Of a stretch of 64,000 nt of DNA, positions 12,453 to 26,898 are shown piece by piece; the first letter of the stretch is position 1; each line of letters opens with the position of its first letter. Source of the DNA: Lepidodermella squamata (Eukaryota; Animalia; Gastrotricha). The notes under the pieces are model-generated. The model saw only the letters and a program-made list of their open reading frames with translations. It ran no database searches and was not told where the DNA came from. Location of the stretch: the NCBI GenBank assembly GCA_047495785.1, contig JBLDXI010000032.1:2604001-2668000 (forward strand), read 5' to 3'. Position numbers and translations under genes: made by a program.

Positions 12453-13089
12453 CCTGGCTAATTTCAATTTTCAATCAATCAATCCTACTCACTTCTTACT
12501 TACGCACTTCTATTTGCCACATGATCATTAGGTACGGCCATTCTGCGTGTGCGTCTAATGGTCTGTTAATTATCGTGCAAGTGCGCGCGCTATACTCCGA
12601 TACCGATATTTTGGCGCACTTCCGAAATTAGGCAGATATTTGTACGCGGCCGGGTTGCTCCGCAAAGCAAAATAGTATCAACTTAATAATGTAACTGTTC
12701 CATCCCTGAATGCAAAAGCGTGATATTTTTTCGATACTCACTAATCCTGAATCATCAACTGAATCCTGACAAATTTTCGCGCATTAATTCGACAGGTCGT
12801 TATCGCTTGACGGGAAACCCGAAGTCACGCGCCAAAAAAATTGAAAATAAAATTTTCAAGGTCATTTTAAATTTTTATTTAATTTTTATATTATTCAACT
12901 AACGTTTTACAAATTTTGAAAAATGTAAATCAAACGAACGGCATTTGCCGCGGGCGTCAAGGACAAACAGAGAAAAATGGGGAGGGGGTCTGCCGACTAA
13001 CAGCAGTCCCCGGTAACCCGGGACCTGCCCATGCATTGTCGCGTTGTTTTCTGGACGCTTGTCCTCAAGTTTAAATCGCACCAGGGCCA

Positions 13090-13350
13090 CCTTAGTACCC
13101 TGACTTAGAAGTGCAATTGACTGGTATCGCTCTTCAATGCTCTTTGGCTTGAGGTCTTTGGCTGATGTGAAGCGACTTTTGATCACGAGTTTCTGACACG
13201 GAAAACGCAGCCACCGCTTAGGGGCGTTGAACTGGGTGACCATACTCCACTAATGGTTGGATGCTCAGAAGAACCAACATCTAAATCATTTGTCGTCTTC
13301 CTCAGTCATGCCCGGTTATAGGCTTTCAACAGAAGGCTGTCCAGTACAGT
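13090..13350 (-). repeat. Degraded dispersed repeat with coding remnants, copy A
   Basis: CQKLVIKSRFTSAKDLKPKS and DVGSSE match CQKLKIEALSAKDLEPES and NVGPSD at 51574-51864. Confidence 0.55.
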
Positions 13351-14184
13351 CTTCTTGGATGCTTGTCGGACCAGCCACTACGCTGACCTTATGGTCATGC
13401 AGTTGAGCCGTTCGCTGCACCAGACTTGTCAGCGCCCTACCCTAGCCACCTAAACGCTTATTTGTTTTCATGGAAAGCATATACTTAGTCATGACAACTC
13501 GTGTATCGATAGGTTGTACTAAACACCAAACTAGGCGCAGGTATCACGTGGGATTAGGAAAATGGGGGCCAATCGTCTCATCCCTAAGCGCGTGTACATG
13601 GCGAGTCCAATTAGACCTGTCCAACCTTCTCTTTTAATGCCATTCAACTTTCATATTCACATATTCATGAGGAATAATCCAATTTTGTTGTCAATTGCAC
13701 CTTCTGGTTTCTGGAAGTGCTACCCCAGCTGATCAAATCCAATCAATAACTGATATTCGATCGAGCATCATGACTCAAGTCGCTTCAAGGGAAGAGTTTT
13801 CAAGGCATTTGACCGAATTCTGCTTGTCTTTCAACACTTGAAGTAGAAGAGTTCACTCAATAGTTTGACCAAGAGTATTAAGTAAAAGATCGGTTTATTT
13901 CATTTCAATGATTCATTTGACGCTATCAATTGTTTGAGGTAGAGGCTAATCGGCATGCACCTCTTACTTCAGATCGCGTTTGTTTGCAACATGAAAAACT
14001 ACCGTGACGTAAAAAAAACGAGCGACAACGAATAGCAGCAAAGAATCGTGAAGCAAATCACCAGTCTTGCTAGGCACTGAATTATTGTTTCCTCACCGAT
14101 GGCTCGAGCGAAATTGCATCAACAGCCACGTGCAAAAACAGGACACAGTAAAAACGTCGAAGAATGATTATACTAATGTTCATT

Positions 14185-15032
14185 TCAGGAGGCTTTCGGC
14201 GAGACTGGCTCTTTGTCCCTGTCGACGCTCGTTGACGATAGTTCTGTCTTGGCAAGATCTTTGTACCGTGATAGTAATTCGCGTTGCCGGGATACTTCCG
14301 CGCGGAGATCACTTATTTCGGAATCTTTCGCATCCAACTCCGATTGGTGTTTCTGAAAGCATCAATGATTACGCAATTGAAAAATCATTTCTTAGCCGCA
14401 ATTCTTACTCTGTTCAACGCATCTATTTCGACCTCCAACCGAAGAACTTCCGCGCGAAGTTGCTGAGCATTAAGCGATTGCAAGCGTTCAGCACGAACTG
14501 TTTCCAGAGCTGCGTTGTATTCGCGTTCGAAGTAGACATCATTGTCGTCAGCCAAATCGTCTCGAACCGGCGTGTCTTGCTGCGAGCAAAAGCCCGAACC
14601 GGGATTCGTATTTCCAGACGCGTTTAGACTTCGATTCGCAACCATTCTCGGCGTTATACCTTTTCCCTCGCTGTGCTCCTCCATGATGAATTGAGTTGTG
14701 TTGAAAGGGGCAACTGGATGACCAAGTCGAAGAGCATCTTCTCGGCGTTTCTCAGCTGTTTGTGCCTCCTTCTCGCCCAACAACCGCTTTTCTTCCCAGC
14801 TCAATTTATCGTACGGTTTCCACTTCCGCCGATGTTTTTCTCCGCCCTTGCCAGCCCTGCGATGCCGTTTCCGACCATTGCCTCGGTTTGAGCTACCAGC
14901 TGATGGTGAGGTAGTTTTGCTGTTGTTAAGGTGGTTTTGTCCATTTGTAGAATTGTTGGAAGCGGATGCCTGGTCTGCTACAGCAGAGGGGCTGCGGCCT
15001 CGTTTATTTGCACGATTTTTCATCTCAGACAT
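14185..15032 (-). CDS. HEXIM: HEXIM, P-TEFb inhibitor; exons 15032-14409 and 14352-14185
   Basis: Basic KRHRR/KHRRKWKPYDKLSWEEK region, HPVAPFNTTQFIMEEH, FEREY..AERLQSL coiled coil. Confidence 0.92.
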
Positions 15033-15680
15033 AGTAACATATTATTCTATATGAAAAATGAAACAGTTTCAAATAGCCTTTCCTTTAAAAACAATATCAC
15101 GAAATGTAAAGAAAAACACCAAAACATACAAAGCACAAAAATGCGTCACTATTTCTTTCACATTATTATATCTCGCTTTGATCAATACATCGGTATATTT
15201 GCCATTTTACGTCCATCTATGTCTCACAAGGTGAGTAGTCTAACCGTTCTTTCGTTATTCCGGCTGTAAAACGAGGAGTTACTCACAACTCACAATAGTG
15301 TTGAGGTGAAACGAGAGGTCTGTCAACAAAGTTGCGCACCTAAGAGAGCGTCTTGTTTTTCATCCTCGAAACTGAAGAGGGATATAGACGAATCGAATCG
15401 AAGACAACTTTCAAAAGAGCCGGAAGTGAAAGAACAAAAATTACTTTCCGACGGAATATTTGAAGTATTTTGGCTCTCAAACACTAGAAGCTCAACTTTT
15501 ATGGTTCAGGAAAAACATCGAATAGAAGAAACTAATAAACGCTAAGCTGAACCGGGCTGTTGTTTACCAAAAAATATATCCAGGAACAGATATCAACAAT
15601 CACCGATCAAAATCATACAGATTTTTCGACGTAAGTGCATAGTGTTTTATATACTTATAAGTTCTTCGAGTTTTATACGA

Positions 15681-16876
15681 TCATCTATTGTAAAGTTTTC
15701 TCTCGTCGAATTCCGTGGGAACTTCTTCTTCCAGTTGAGGTGGCGGAGGCTGGTGAAGTTTAGCAGCTCTTCTATCGACTAATACTTGCATCGTTGCCTC
15801 GTAGAATGTGAATTGTAAGGCAATGGCTAGCGATGCTTTCACCATACTTGCACTTAGACCTTTATATAAACCATTCACGCCTTCAGTTCGCAGCGTGCCA
15901 ACTAGACAGCCAATCAGGCTGTCGTAGGCAGCAGTGCGACCGAATTCCATCTGTCTCGCATGTTCGAAACCGCTGATTTGCAACCGTTTGCGGCACACAT
16001 CCAACGGGTAAATCACGAGTTTCGCCGACATTCCGGCCATCGAGCCGCAAATAAAACCTTGCGTAGACGCCATCACGTCACGGGCGAAGGAGCTGAGCTG
16101 GATTTCGCCATCCTTACCCGTAATTAAATGTTCCAGGGCAAGTGTGGCTTTGCTGAATAAAGTTGAGTAGATCGAATAAAACATGAATTGAAGACCTGCG
16201 TGAGGGCCGATTTCAATAAGGCGGGGACTGAGGCCTTTATAAAAAGTTTTCACGCCGCCCTCGACCCACATATGGCGAACAGCGGTTGGTACAGAATCGT
16301 ACACCCGGTGACGACCTTGAGCAACAAACCGAGTCCGGAGCACGTCGAAAGGTTGAGCTACTGCTGCCGCGATAATTCCAGCGATTGAACCGGAGACAAA
16401 ATGAGCTACAGGCCGATAAGGATGTTTCAAAGAAGCGCCATTGGTATATTTAGCTCCGAGATATGTGAAAAGCTCGAAAATAGGGAACTAAATGAAAAAG
16501 AATAGTTAATATGACATACACTTCTCCCTTATATACCCTAGTACCGGCTGCAGTAATAGAAAGCATCTGAGACGGGACATGGCCTTTCCAGAGGGCGAAA
16601 AAGCCTTCTTGGCTCACGATGGATCGGAAAGCTTGCAATACGCTGGAATAATGAGAACCGGGTACATTTTTTATGGGATTTGATTGTAACTGAAATACAA
16701 ATTCAGAAATGCAGACAGAGAAGAAGCAAGATGTCATTACTTACTTGAAAACGAATTTTGACCACATCGAACGGTTGAACAATTGCTCGAGTGAGACAAC
16801 CGGCTGTTGCACCAGAAATGACAGGGTCAGAGGCGCGGGCGTGCTGCCGACGCTCTGCGCTATAGCCGATCGGCAT
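15681..16876 (-). CDS. SLC25A19: Mitochondrial thiamine pyrophosphate carrier; exons 16876-16745, 16689-16537, 16487-15681
   Basis: Three PxDxxR/K carrier motifs; N-terminal IGY, KIRFQLQ, ALWKGHVPSQMLS, KRLQISGFEHARQMEFG. Confidence 0.9.
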
Positions 16877-17240
16877 AACACAATAAAAATTGCGATTAAC
16901 AGATCTAAAATACGAAACAACACGATTGATGGCGGTCAAAGCAAGTTCATTATTACTGCGGCACAACTTGGGAACACTCTGTCTCTATTTCGGCAGTGCG
17001 GATCTCAGATGCCAAATCTGGAGGCTGTCTAGCTTAAAGTTAGGATATTTATACCGTTTGATGAGTCGAAAACGAAATTTTCACATCCGCAGATAAGACA
17101 GCGCTATTAGTAATCAATTCGGTGTGATCATCGGGGAAGTATTTGCTTCACTTTAATTCTAATTACTATAAGTTTCGCACGAATCAGAAAAAGTTTCAAT
17201 TCTCTCATAGTCAACATGACCGGTGCGTTTGGGATACAGA

Positions 17241-17762
17241 TTACCAGTGGTACTTGACACGACGATGGTTTTCTAGTGCATAGAAAATTATTATAACAAT
17301 ACGCGATTTCGGGTGAAAACTCACTGTGTCCTCTGTACTGGAGGAAGTAATAAGTTGCGGACGTAGCAACAATCAGCTGAACAAGACCGGCGAAACCTCC
17401 GCGTTTAGCGTTCAGCCAGTTATTGTGCCAGCGCCAGACACCGCGACTGCATGCGCGAACAATCGCAGTCGGGTGGAAGTTGCGGCGCGAAATCCACGAA
17501 CCGAGTTCGCCAACTTTTACCTCTCCGATCGGATCGGCTATTTTGAACAGTATTGTTGCATTAAATGAGAAACAAAGTGCTAGATGAACTTACGCTTTCC
17601 GTAGAAAGTACCAGGATTGTATGGGCCATGGATTTTAACGTTGTATTCAGCCGGAGTTTCGCCGATGCCCGGGAGAAACTTACGAACCATCGATTGAAAT
17701 TGAGAAGCTTGAGGCGACTCCTTGATCTTAATTTTGTTCAACTCTTCAATCGGTTGAATCAT
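17241..17762 (-). CDS. ATP5MF: Mitochondrial ATP synthase subunit f; exons 17762-17594, 17537-17325, 17272-17241
   Basis: Spliced GETPAEYNVKIHGPYNPGTFYGKPDPIGEVKVGELGSWISRRN..SRGVWRWHNNWLNAKRGG..KNHRRVKYHW; only exon 1 is in the ORF track. Confidence 0.92.
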
Positions 17763-17956
17763 TTTGCTGTAGTTTCAACTTCTTGATAACAACCGATAAA
17801 ATGCAGATACAATTATTGCGAATTAAGACTGCAAGTGTTAACAAATTGCATGGACGATAAATCTATCTCCATTGTATAGCATATAGCAAAGATTCGTGAT
17901 TAACCATAATTACCGCACGATGATCGATAGTGGATCACCTATAACTTCATGAACTG

Positions 17957-18566
17957 CAGTAGCGGCGCCAAGGGGGCGCCCCCTTCGCTCTGCTCCCAGC
18001 CCAAATTTTGAGCATTTTTAGGCTATTCCCTCGGAGAACTCCCCGAAATAGCGCCAGCTAATGCTTGCTTCGCTCGCGCTGCGGCCAATAGTCTAGATTC
18101 TCAGAAATCGCAAATCAATTCAAAAATCAAAAAGGTTGCAAAATCTTTAGTTTCAACCGATGTAGCCAAGGTACGCAGTGGGAAGAAATGCAGTCATCCA
18201 AGGTAGTGAGTAGTGACGGTTTACGACGCCCCATGCCCTTTTGCCTTATGCAAAGAATTTGATGAGATCGAGAGTCCTGAAAACTTCAGATTAGGGAAAG
18301 CGGGTCCAAATATTGAAGCATTTTGAGGTAGTCCCTGCGTATAATATCCCAAAGATAGCGTTAGCTAAAGCTCGCTTCGCTCGCATGGAGATATGGGGAT
18401 ACGATTTTTTTGTCTTCATTCGAAGCTTTTCAAAAAATCTCATATGTCAACTTTGAGCTACACATCGCACACATACACGCGAAATTGCGACATTTTTGCT
18501 AGCTCAGTATCTTTAGTGATCGCCCTCAGCTCGCCCTCTGACCGCAGAACCCTGGCGCCGTCCCTG
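17957..18566. mobile_element. hAT-like MITE (610 bp) with perfect 8-bp TSD
   Basis: ATGAACTG at 17949-17956 and 18567-18574; TIRs CAGTAGCGGCGCCAAGG / reverse complement CAGGGACGGCGCCAGGG; internal repeated GCTTCGCTCGC. Confidence 0.85.
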
Positions 18567-19399
18567 ATGAACTGCATCTAGATGAACAGATTACGGAATA
18601 TTATGTTAAACGCGCTTCTCGTAGCTCAGATCTCATAGCCCACCCGACAGAAGCAACGCCGAGCAAAGCTAACAACCGAGTATTTTAGACATGGACAGAG
18701 ATTCACGCCTGGGAAACCTTTCCGACGGTATATCGCAAAAAAAGATTCAGCCATTGACCTTAGCCGGATTTTCGGTCGATATATGAAAACATTATTTTAG
18801 ACAATTGCTCTGCTGCTACACGCATCCCAGTCGATTAACGATTGCGTGGAAAAAATTCAAATGATTAAATAAAGTGAAGTATTGTTGAATCTTATAACCC
18901 GCGCACGTGATTTTTCAACCGTCGTTATTTTTTGTGCTGAGTTGTTATTTTGATGCGTCATCTACATCTACTTCGAACTTCTGGCTGCGATGCGCAACTA
19001 AAAAAGTTGAGTCCTACATTTCAGCTGAGACAGGCTTGCAAAAGGAGAATGGCTGTGTAGTCTACAGTTCTTGCTACACCAGCCTCCAACCAACCAAACG
19101 CTGTCTCATCTTTGGTCTTTCGCGGCTCAACCTTGGTCGGTACCTAGCCTAACTAGCTGTTAGGGCTAAAAGGCAAAAATTCTCTCCCTTATCTCTCGGT
19201 TCCCAACACCAAACACATACGGAAGTCCCCATTTGAAAAATTTGGAATTGTTGGGAGAGGCACAGCACCCTTGCGCAGTGCATATCAGCATATCAGTCAC
19301 TGCGCCTGGCTGTCATGCTTTTGAGGACTCCGTCTTAAAAGTTATAATTCTGTGCTTTTATTCAACTAGAGTTTTTATCGATAATTCAAAGTTGAAAAC

Positions 19400-19937
19400 A
19401 TGGTCCAATCGAGTAGTAGCAGCAGCAGCTCCGACTGGCATAAACACTACGGACACGTGCACTATGGCAGCAAATACGAACGCAAGCAAGCTAAGAAAAT
19501 GCACAAAATGATGAAAAAAGGAATGTGTCCTCCTGGCTACGTAATTATTTGATTTGAGTGCCTAAACTTTCAACGTTGAAATTTCATTTATGGGAAGGTT
19601 CAACCTATGCCGCGGCCTATGTATCCAGTTGGCGCCATGCCTGGTGCTTACCCAGTACAGCATGGAGTCGCCTATCCGCCAGGTGCTGCATACCCTCAAG
19701 CTGCGTATCCTCCTGGGGCTTATCCTCCCCAAGGATATCCAGCTCCGGCTCCGGGTGGCTATCCTCCCCCTGGCGGCTATCCAGGTGGCTATCCCCCGGC
19801 TGGCTATCCTGCTCAACCTGGTTACCCTCCTCAACCTGGCTATCCTGGTAAATGAGACTGCCTCCCTGTTTATGGGTTTTCTCAATGGTTTATTTATTTG
19901 ATTTTCAGGTTATGGCTATCCCCCCAGACCATATTGA
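19400..19937 (+). CDS. Small Gly/Tyr/Pro-rich (GYPP repeat) protein, ~140 aa; exons 19400-19540, 19598-19847, 19909-19937
   Basis: MVQSSSSSSSDWHKHYGHVHYGSKYERKQAKKMHKMMKKGMCPPGY, then xYPP repeats ending GYGYPPRPY; both introns are frame-consistent. Confidence 0.8.
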
Positions 19938-20369
19938 ATTCGGAATCGGAATAGGCATGCTTCAACATCGACCTTCATAGATATTACAGCTGCCTAAACA
20001 ATTCTTCATCTAACAAAATATTAGCACCCATCAGTGCTATTTCTTACGTAAATTTTCTTACGTTTACTTATTCTTGTAAAAGGATGGATATATTCAATAT
20101 TCATGAGCGTGCTTACTTTAAAATGTGGCTATTCTTTGTGATGGTATAATGCTTTTCTCTCCAATATCTCGAGCTGTGCAATAGCTCCCTTTCTACATGG
20201 ATGCACTTTTCGGGGAAACAAAACATTCAAACTCCAACGTTTATTTTTGCTAAAGTTTGTACCATCTTATTACCTACGAAATAATGCAAATAATAAACGA
20301 GAAGCTTAATTTGTGATTGAACATCTTCTTTAGTTAATTTAATCACTTGCCGAATCGGAGTTTGACGTG

Positions 20370-22095
<1,726 letters not shown>

Positions 22096-22261
22096 GAAGT
22101 ACAGAAACTCGCAATAACTTGGCGCTTGCAATAATTTTGATTATCCAATCATCGCTCGATCAAACTGCTTCGATTACCTCAAGGGCTTTCAAATGATTGT
22201 TTCCGATTGAAATATTTTAATCCACCTCAATTTATTGCTAGCGATTATTTATGATGATATA

Positions 22262-24097
22262 ATGGGCGACAATGCTCCCGATGACGATCCCCCGATGAAA
22301 AAGTTCAAACCCGTAATCTCGACTGGCGTAAATGCCGCAGCGGCTTCTTCATCCTCTTCCCAAGTAAAACGACCCCCGGAATCCTCTGGGGAGGGGCACA
22401 GTTCGAGCGAAAGGCGGAATTCGGCTGCATCAAATGCCACTGAAAGCTTATGGATGCCGCAAAGCGACAAATTGGCGTATCTACAAACCCGGTTTATCGA
22501 AGGCGCCGACCCTAGAACAATTATTCAGTCGTTATCATCGGCTTCTTCACCTCTAGGTGGTCGGTCAAATCGATATCAGGATCTAGCCGAAATGATTCCA
22601 CCCCACGTTGGTCCGGAGATTCTTTGGACAGTAATAAGATTTATTCCGGAAAAAGCAATTCAACTAACTAAACGTTTATCGCAGTTTCTCTTCGAGATTT
22701 TCTCAGAACCATCCCCACGCAGTAAGCTACCGAACGTCAATACAATTGAAGACGTCGTCCGACTCATTCAAGGCGCTCGAAAAATTTTGGTTGTTGCCGG
22801 TGCAGGGGTAAGGAAATTGATCAACCATATTATTAACCATATTGTTGTCGACTGATAAAAGTCATTTTACGACTGATAAAAATTGCCTAGTCTAATCTCT
22901 TTTGGCTTACATGCACCCATCGTATTTAGTTCTACGGTGTACGACATATCACATCCCAAATGACACGTCGTTGTTGTGATGCAATCGTGTAGCCCACGTC
23001 ACCTTTTCAGAATTTCCTCGTGTTTAGCTAATTAGTTAATTCACCTTCAATCTAATTGTTTTCCATCTCAGCTTTCGGTGTCATGCGGAATTCCGGATTT
23101 TCGGTCAAAAGACGGACTTTATGCCCGAGTTGCTGCCGAATTTCCGCAACTTCGCGACCCTCAAATGATCTTCGATGCCGAGTTCTTCCGAGAAGACCCG
23201 CGGCCATTCTTCCGTTTCGCCAAAAACATTTTCGTACCAATGACTGGCGGCGAGTTGCACTACAAGCCTTCACCAGCCCATCGATTCCTTGTCGAATTAG
23301 AGAAGCATAATAAACTTCTGCGCATCTATACTCAGAATATCGACGGCCTTGAGTTAGCGGCCGGCTTGTCACACGACCGCGTCATCGCTTGCCATGGGTC
23401 TTTCGAAACTAGTACATGCACCGAATGTAAACGAAAAGTCGAATCGACTGAAATTGCTGATCATATCAATGCTGGAACGGTCGCTTACTGCTCTTCGACT
23501 GATAACACAGAAAAATCTACTTGCTCAGGAATTTTGAAGCCTGATATTGTTTTCTTTGGCGAATCTCTCCCCTCGAAATTTCACTATCAAATGTCTATTG
23601 ATCGACCCCAGGCCGATTTGTTGTTAGTTCTTGGCACTTCGTTACGCGTGAGACCTGTCTCCCACATTCCTTTCGCTGTCTCGCCATCTGTCCCTCAGGT
23701 TTTGATAAACCGGGAACGCCTGAGACATATGAAATTCGATGTCGAATTTCTCGGGGATTGCGATGTTGTTGTTGGGCACTTACGAAAGCGCCTAGGCTGG
23801 GTTGAAGAGAAGGTCGATTTACCTAGTTTCGGTTTTTATCCTCCTAATACGTACATTTTTGCATCGGAAAACGGTGCAGCGGCTTCTTCAGTTCCGCCGG
23901 AACATGGCGAATCTGACGAGTTAGACTCGGATGATAGCGAGCCCTATTCCTCAGATAGCTCACGAAGCTCAAGTGCGCCGACGCCGCCGCCTCAACCAGC
24001 GCCGCCTCCTAATATCACTATCACCCACATACCGGTCAAAGTCAAGCCGTCTGAGCCTGTTTCAAAACCGATGTCTGACGAGAAACCAAGCGATTGA
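22262..24097 (+). CDS. SIRT1: NAD-dependent deacetylase SIRT1/Sir2; exons 22262-22630, 22685-22807, 23072-24097
   Basis: GAGLSVSCGIPDFRSKDG, YTQNIDGLE, CHGSF, LKPDIVFFGE, CTR-like FYPPNTYIF. Confidence 0.93.
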
Positions 24098-24455
24098 TCG
24101 TCACCCTAACTTTAATTATTCATTATTTGAACTCGTTCAACTTTTTTCTACCAATTTTTTTACTGGGCATATGATTCACCGTCTTATTAGGATTTCGTCT
24201 GAAGAGTTGGTTGTGTAATCTACAACGAGACCACGCTGGTTTTTCGTGCGTCATTCGTCTACCTTCTCTTTGACTTTTCTCTCTTGTTATCTTGATAATT
24301 TTTGAATTCACTTGATAAGAAGAGTTGTTTAAAGAGTTGTTTTGTACTTCCATTCGTGATAGTTCAACGCGCACTCTGGATTGTGTCTCTTATTTCTTCT
24401 GAATAACTTTTGAAGTCATAATTATTTTCATTTTCTTAGATACTTTATCGAAAAT

Positions 24456-26505
24456 ATGAGAATTTTTGTGTTTGTTTTGGCGGCGTTTCTTTTTGCGAGC
24501 TGTTTCGCGGAGGAACCCGTGAAAGCTGAGGAGAAACCGTCCGAGGTTAAAGGTAAATCATCTCCTTTATTATTATATCTCGATTTTTTAATTTAAATTT
24601 TTCAGCCGAGGAAACCAAGGAAAACAAAAAAGATGTCCCACCTGCTGTGAAATGTAAGTCAAATAATGAAGTTAACCATTTTTCCCGAATCATCTTCTTT
24701 TGTTACAAAATTTCCAGCTGACGAAGGAAAACCAAAAGAGCAGCAAGTAGAGGCTAAAGAAGAGAAAAAGGAGGTTAAGGAAGAGCCGGCTAAGGAAACC
24801 AAGACCAAAGAGCCTGCGAAGGGTAAGACCCAGCAGGATGAGGCGGGTAAAGGTAAAGTCAAACAGCAAGGCAAGCAGCAACAAGAGAAGGCCAAGGAAC
24901 AGGGAAAGCAGGGTAAGGGCAAACAGCAGCAAGGCAAAGAGCAAGTTGGGAAGCAAGAAAAAGTCAAAGCCGAAACTAAAGAGCCAGTGAAAGAACAGGG
25001 CAAACAACAGCAAGGCAAAGAACAGACCGAGGCTAAGACCCAAAAGCAAGGCAAGGTTAAGGCGGAGGAGAAGGTTCAAAAGGCTCCCAAAGAGCAAGCG
25101 AAGAAAGAAAAAATCCCAACTGAAGGTCAGGTCAAAGCAACCGAGACTGCTGAACCAGTTAAGGAGCAGGGTAAGGCTAAAGCAAAGGCCCAGAAACCTG
25201 GAAAAGCTCAGGTAGAAGAGCCGGCTAAGGAGCAAGCAAAAGAGGAACCCGTTGTCGATAAGAAGGCTAAGAAACAAGCCGAACCAGTCAAGGAAAAGAA
25301 AGTTAAGGCTGCTGCTGCTGAAGAAAAAGTAGCTGAGACAGAAACCAAGACTCAAAAGACTGGTAAGCAGGGTCAGAAGAAAACTGAGAAGCCTGTTGAA
25401 GAGGTGAAGCAAGAAAAGACGCAAGGCAAGGTAAAGAATGCCAAAGTCGAAGAAGCTGAACCAGTTAAGGAGGCTGCTCAGCAGAAGAAACAGAAGAAAG
25501 TTAAGGCACAGAAAGCCGAACCTGTTGAAGAGCCGGTTCAAGAAGAACAAGTCCAGGAACAGGAACCTGTTGCTGAGGCTGTTGAGGAAAAGCCGCAGCT
25601 GACTCCGGCTGCTAAATGTACGTCCCTAACTGGACAGCTTGCGAATAATTATCCTGTTTTGCATATGTTTCATTGTAACTTCATTTTCAGTTAACGAAAT
25701 CTTCCGCTTGCGCATGAAGCATGATGTTAAAGAATCAGTTGGTATCTTGAAGAAGCAAACCGACCTCAACAAAGCCAAGAGCTTGGTTGATAAGGCTCTT
25801 CAGACTGTTCTTGCTGTAAGTTAATCAGTTGAATGCAAAGCAAAGCCTAAAATGCGTTGTTTAAAGGATATTAAACGTTTGCAAGAAGAGCAGTTGTTGA
25901 AGCCACCAGCTAACCCGGACGCCCTGGCTGCTGGTACCATTTCGGATGCGGAAATCGATGCCTACGTGAACTTGGCCACCAATCTGCTCGTTTTTTCAAA
26001 CGCCGTTTTGTACCAACCCGACCTTTCTCGAGCCTATTTGAAGACCCAAGCCAGTGGTGAAAACGCAACAGCTGCCATCGCCACCGTTCAATGGGCTGCT
26101 TCGTTCTGCCGCGAAAACGGACTTTTCGCTAACCAGCCTAAGGCTAATGAAATCGTCAACTTGGTAAAAGATAAATTTTGAAAACAATTGGTTTTTCATC
26201 TTTTGCCGTTTTTTAAGATGGAGCAGGAGCTTGAACTGGTTCCGCGGGATCCCAACTATCAAAATCCGTATGCTCACCGTCATAAAGTTGTACGTGCTTG
26301 CTAATTAAAAGCTTGAAATGACGAAATATTGCGCTCAGCATGACTCAAGGTGACGAAATCAAACTTATTTTCTGTATTTAAACAGGACCAAGCTCGTCAA
26401 GAATTCGAAAAAAGGCAGCGCGAACTCGAAGAACAAAAGCAAAAAAGCGGCAAACTGAAAAAGCCTCTGAAGCAGAAATCGGCCAAGACTAAGGAAGAGT
26501 TGTAG
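24456..26505 (+). CDS. CCDC134: CCDC134-like ER-lumenal protein with long K/E/Q-rich insert; exons 24456-24552, 24606-24653, 24718-25617, 25691-25815, 25867-26163, 26218-26289, 26386-26505
   Basis: Signal peptide MRIFVFVLAAFLFASCFA; VQWAASFCRENGLF..IVNLMEQELELVPRDPNYQNPY resembles CCDC134 (WGISFCNQTGVF..LMAQELG..NFQNPF); ends KEEL. Confidence 0.78.
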
Positions 26506-26898
26506 CTCTTCTATTAGTTACTTTCAATTATAGCTCTGATTCATCTTCCTGCGATTAGCAAATGAATTATGCACGTTAATATAACCTCTCGCAATGATTA
26601 TTGCAGCCAACACTGTTGACTCATCTGCTTTCAAAACAACTGTGTATGTGTGTAGAATAAGTTTTAAAGCGTATTGTTAAATTGGTGATCATCGAACGTT
26701 GACAATGTGATTTTTGATTCTTTTTTGTGAACTTTTATTATTAAAGACAGCCGAAATTGAATTATTTTGTTTCTCAATTTATAGGAATAGTATTTATATT
26801 TTATCAAAATTGGTCCAAATTTATTTCGGTTGCTACTAAGACCGTCGCTGATTTTGCCTGTCCGAAGTTTCGCTTGTAATCTCATTAAAAGAGCTAAA

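Noticed and set aside
14067-14627. 186-aa plus-strand ORF
   Set aside because: Antisense to HEXIM; no motif
24659-25550. Long minus-strand Leu/Phe/Cys-rich ORFs (131 and 286 aa)
   Set aside because: Antisense shadows of the K/E/Q-rich CCDC134 exon
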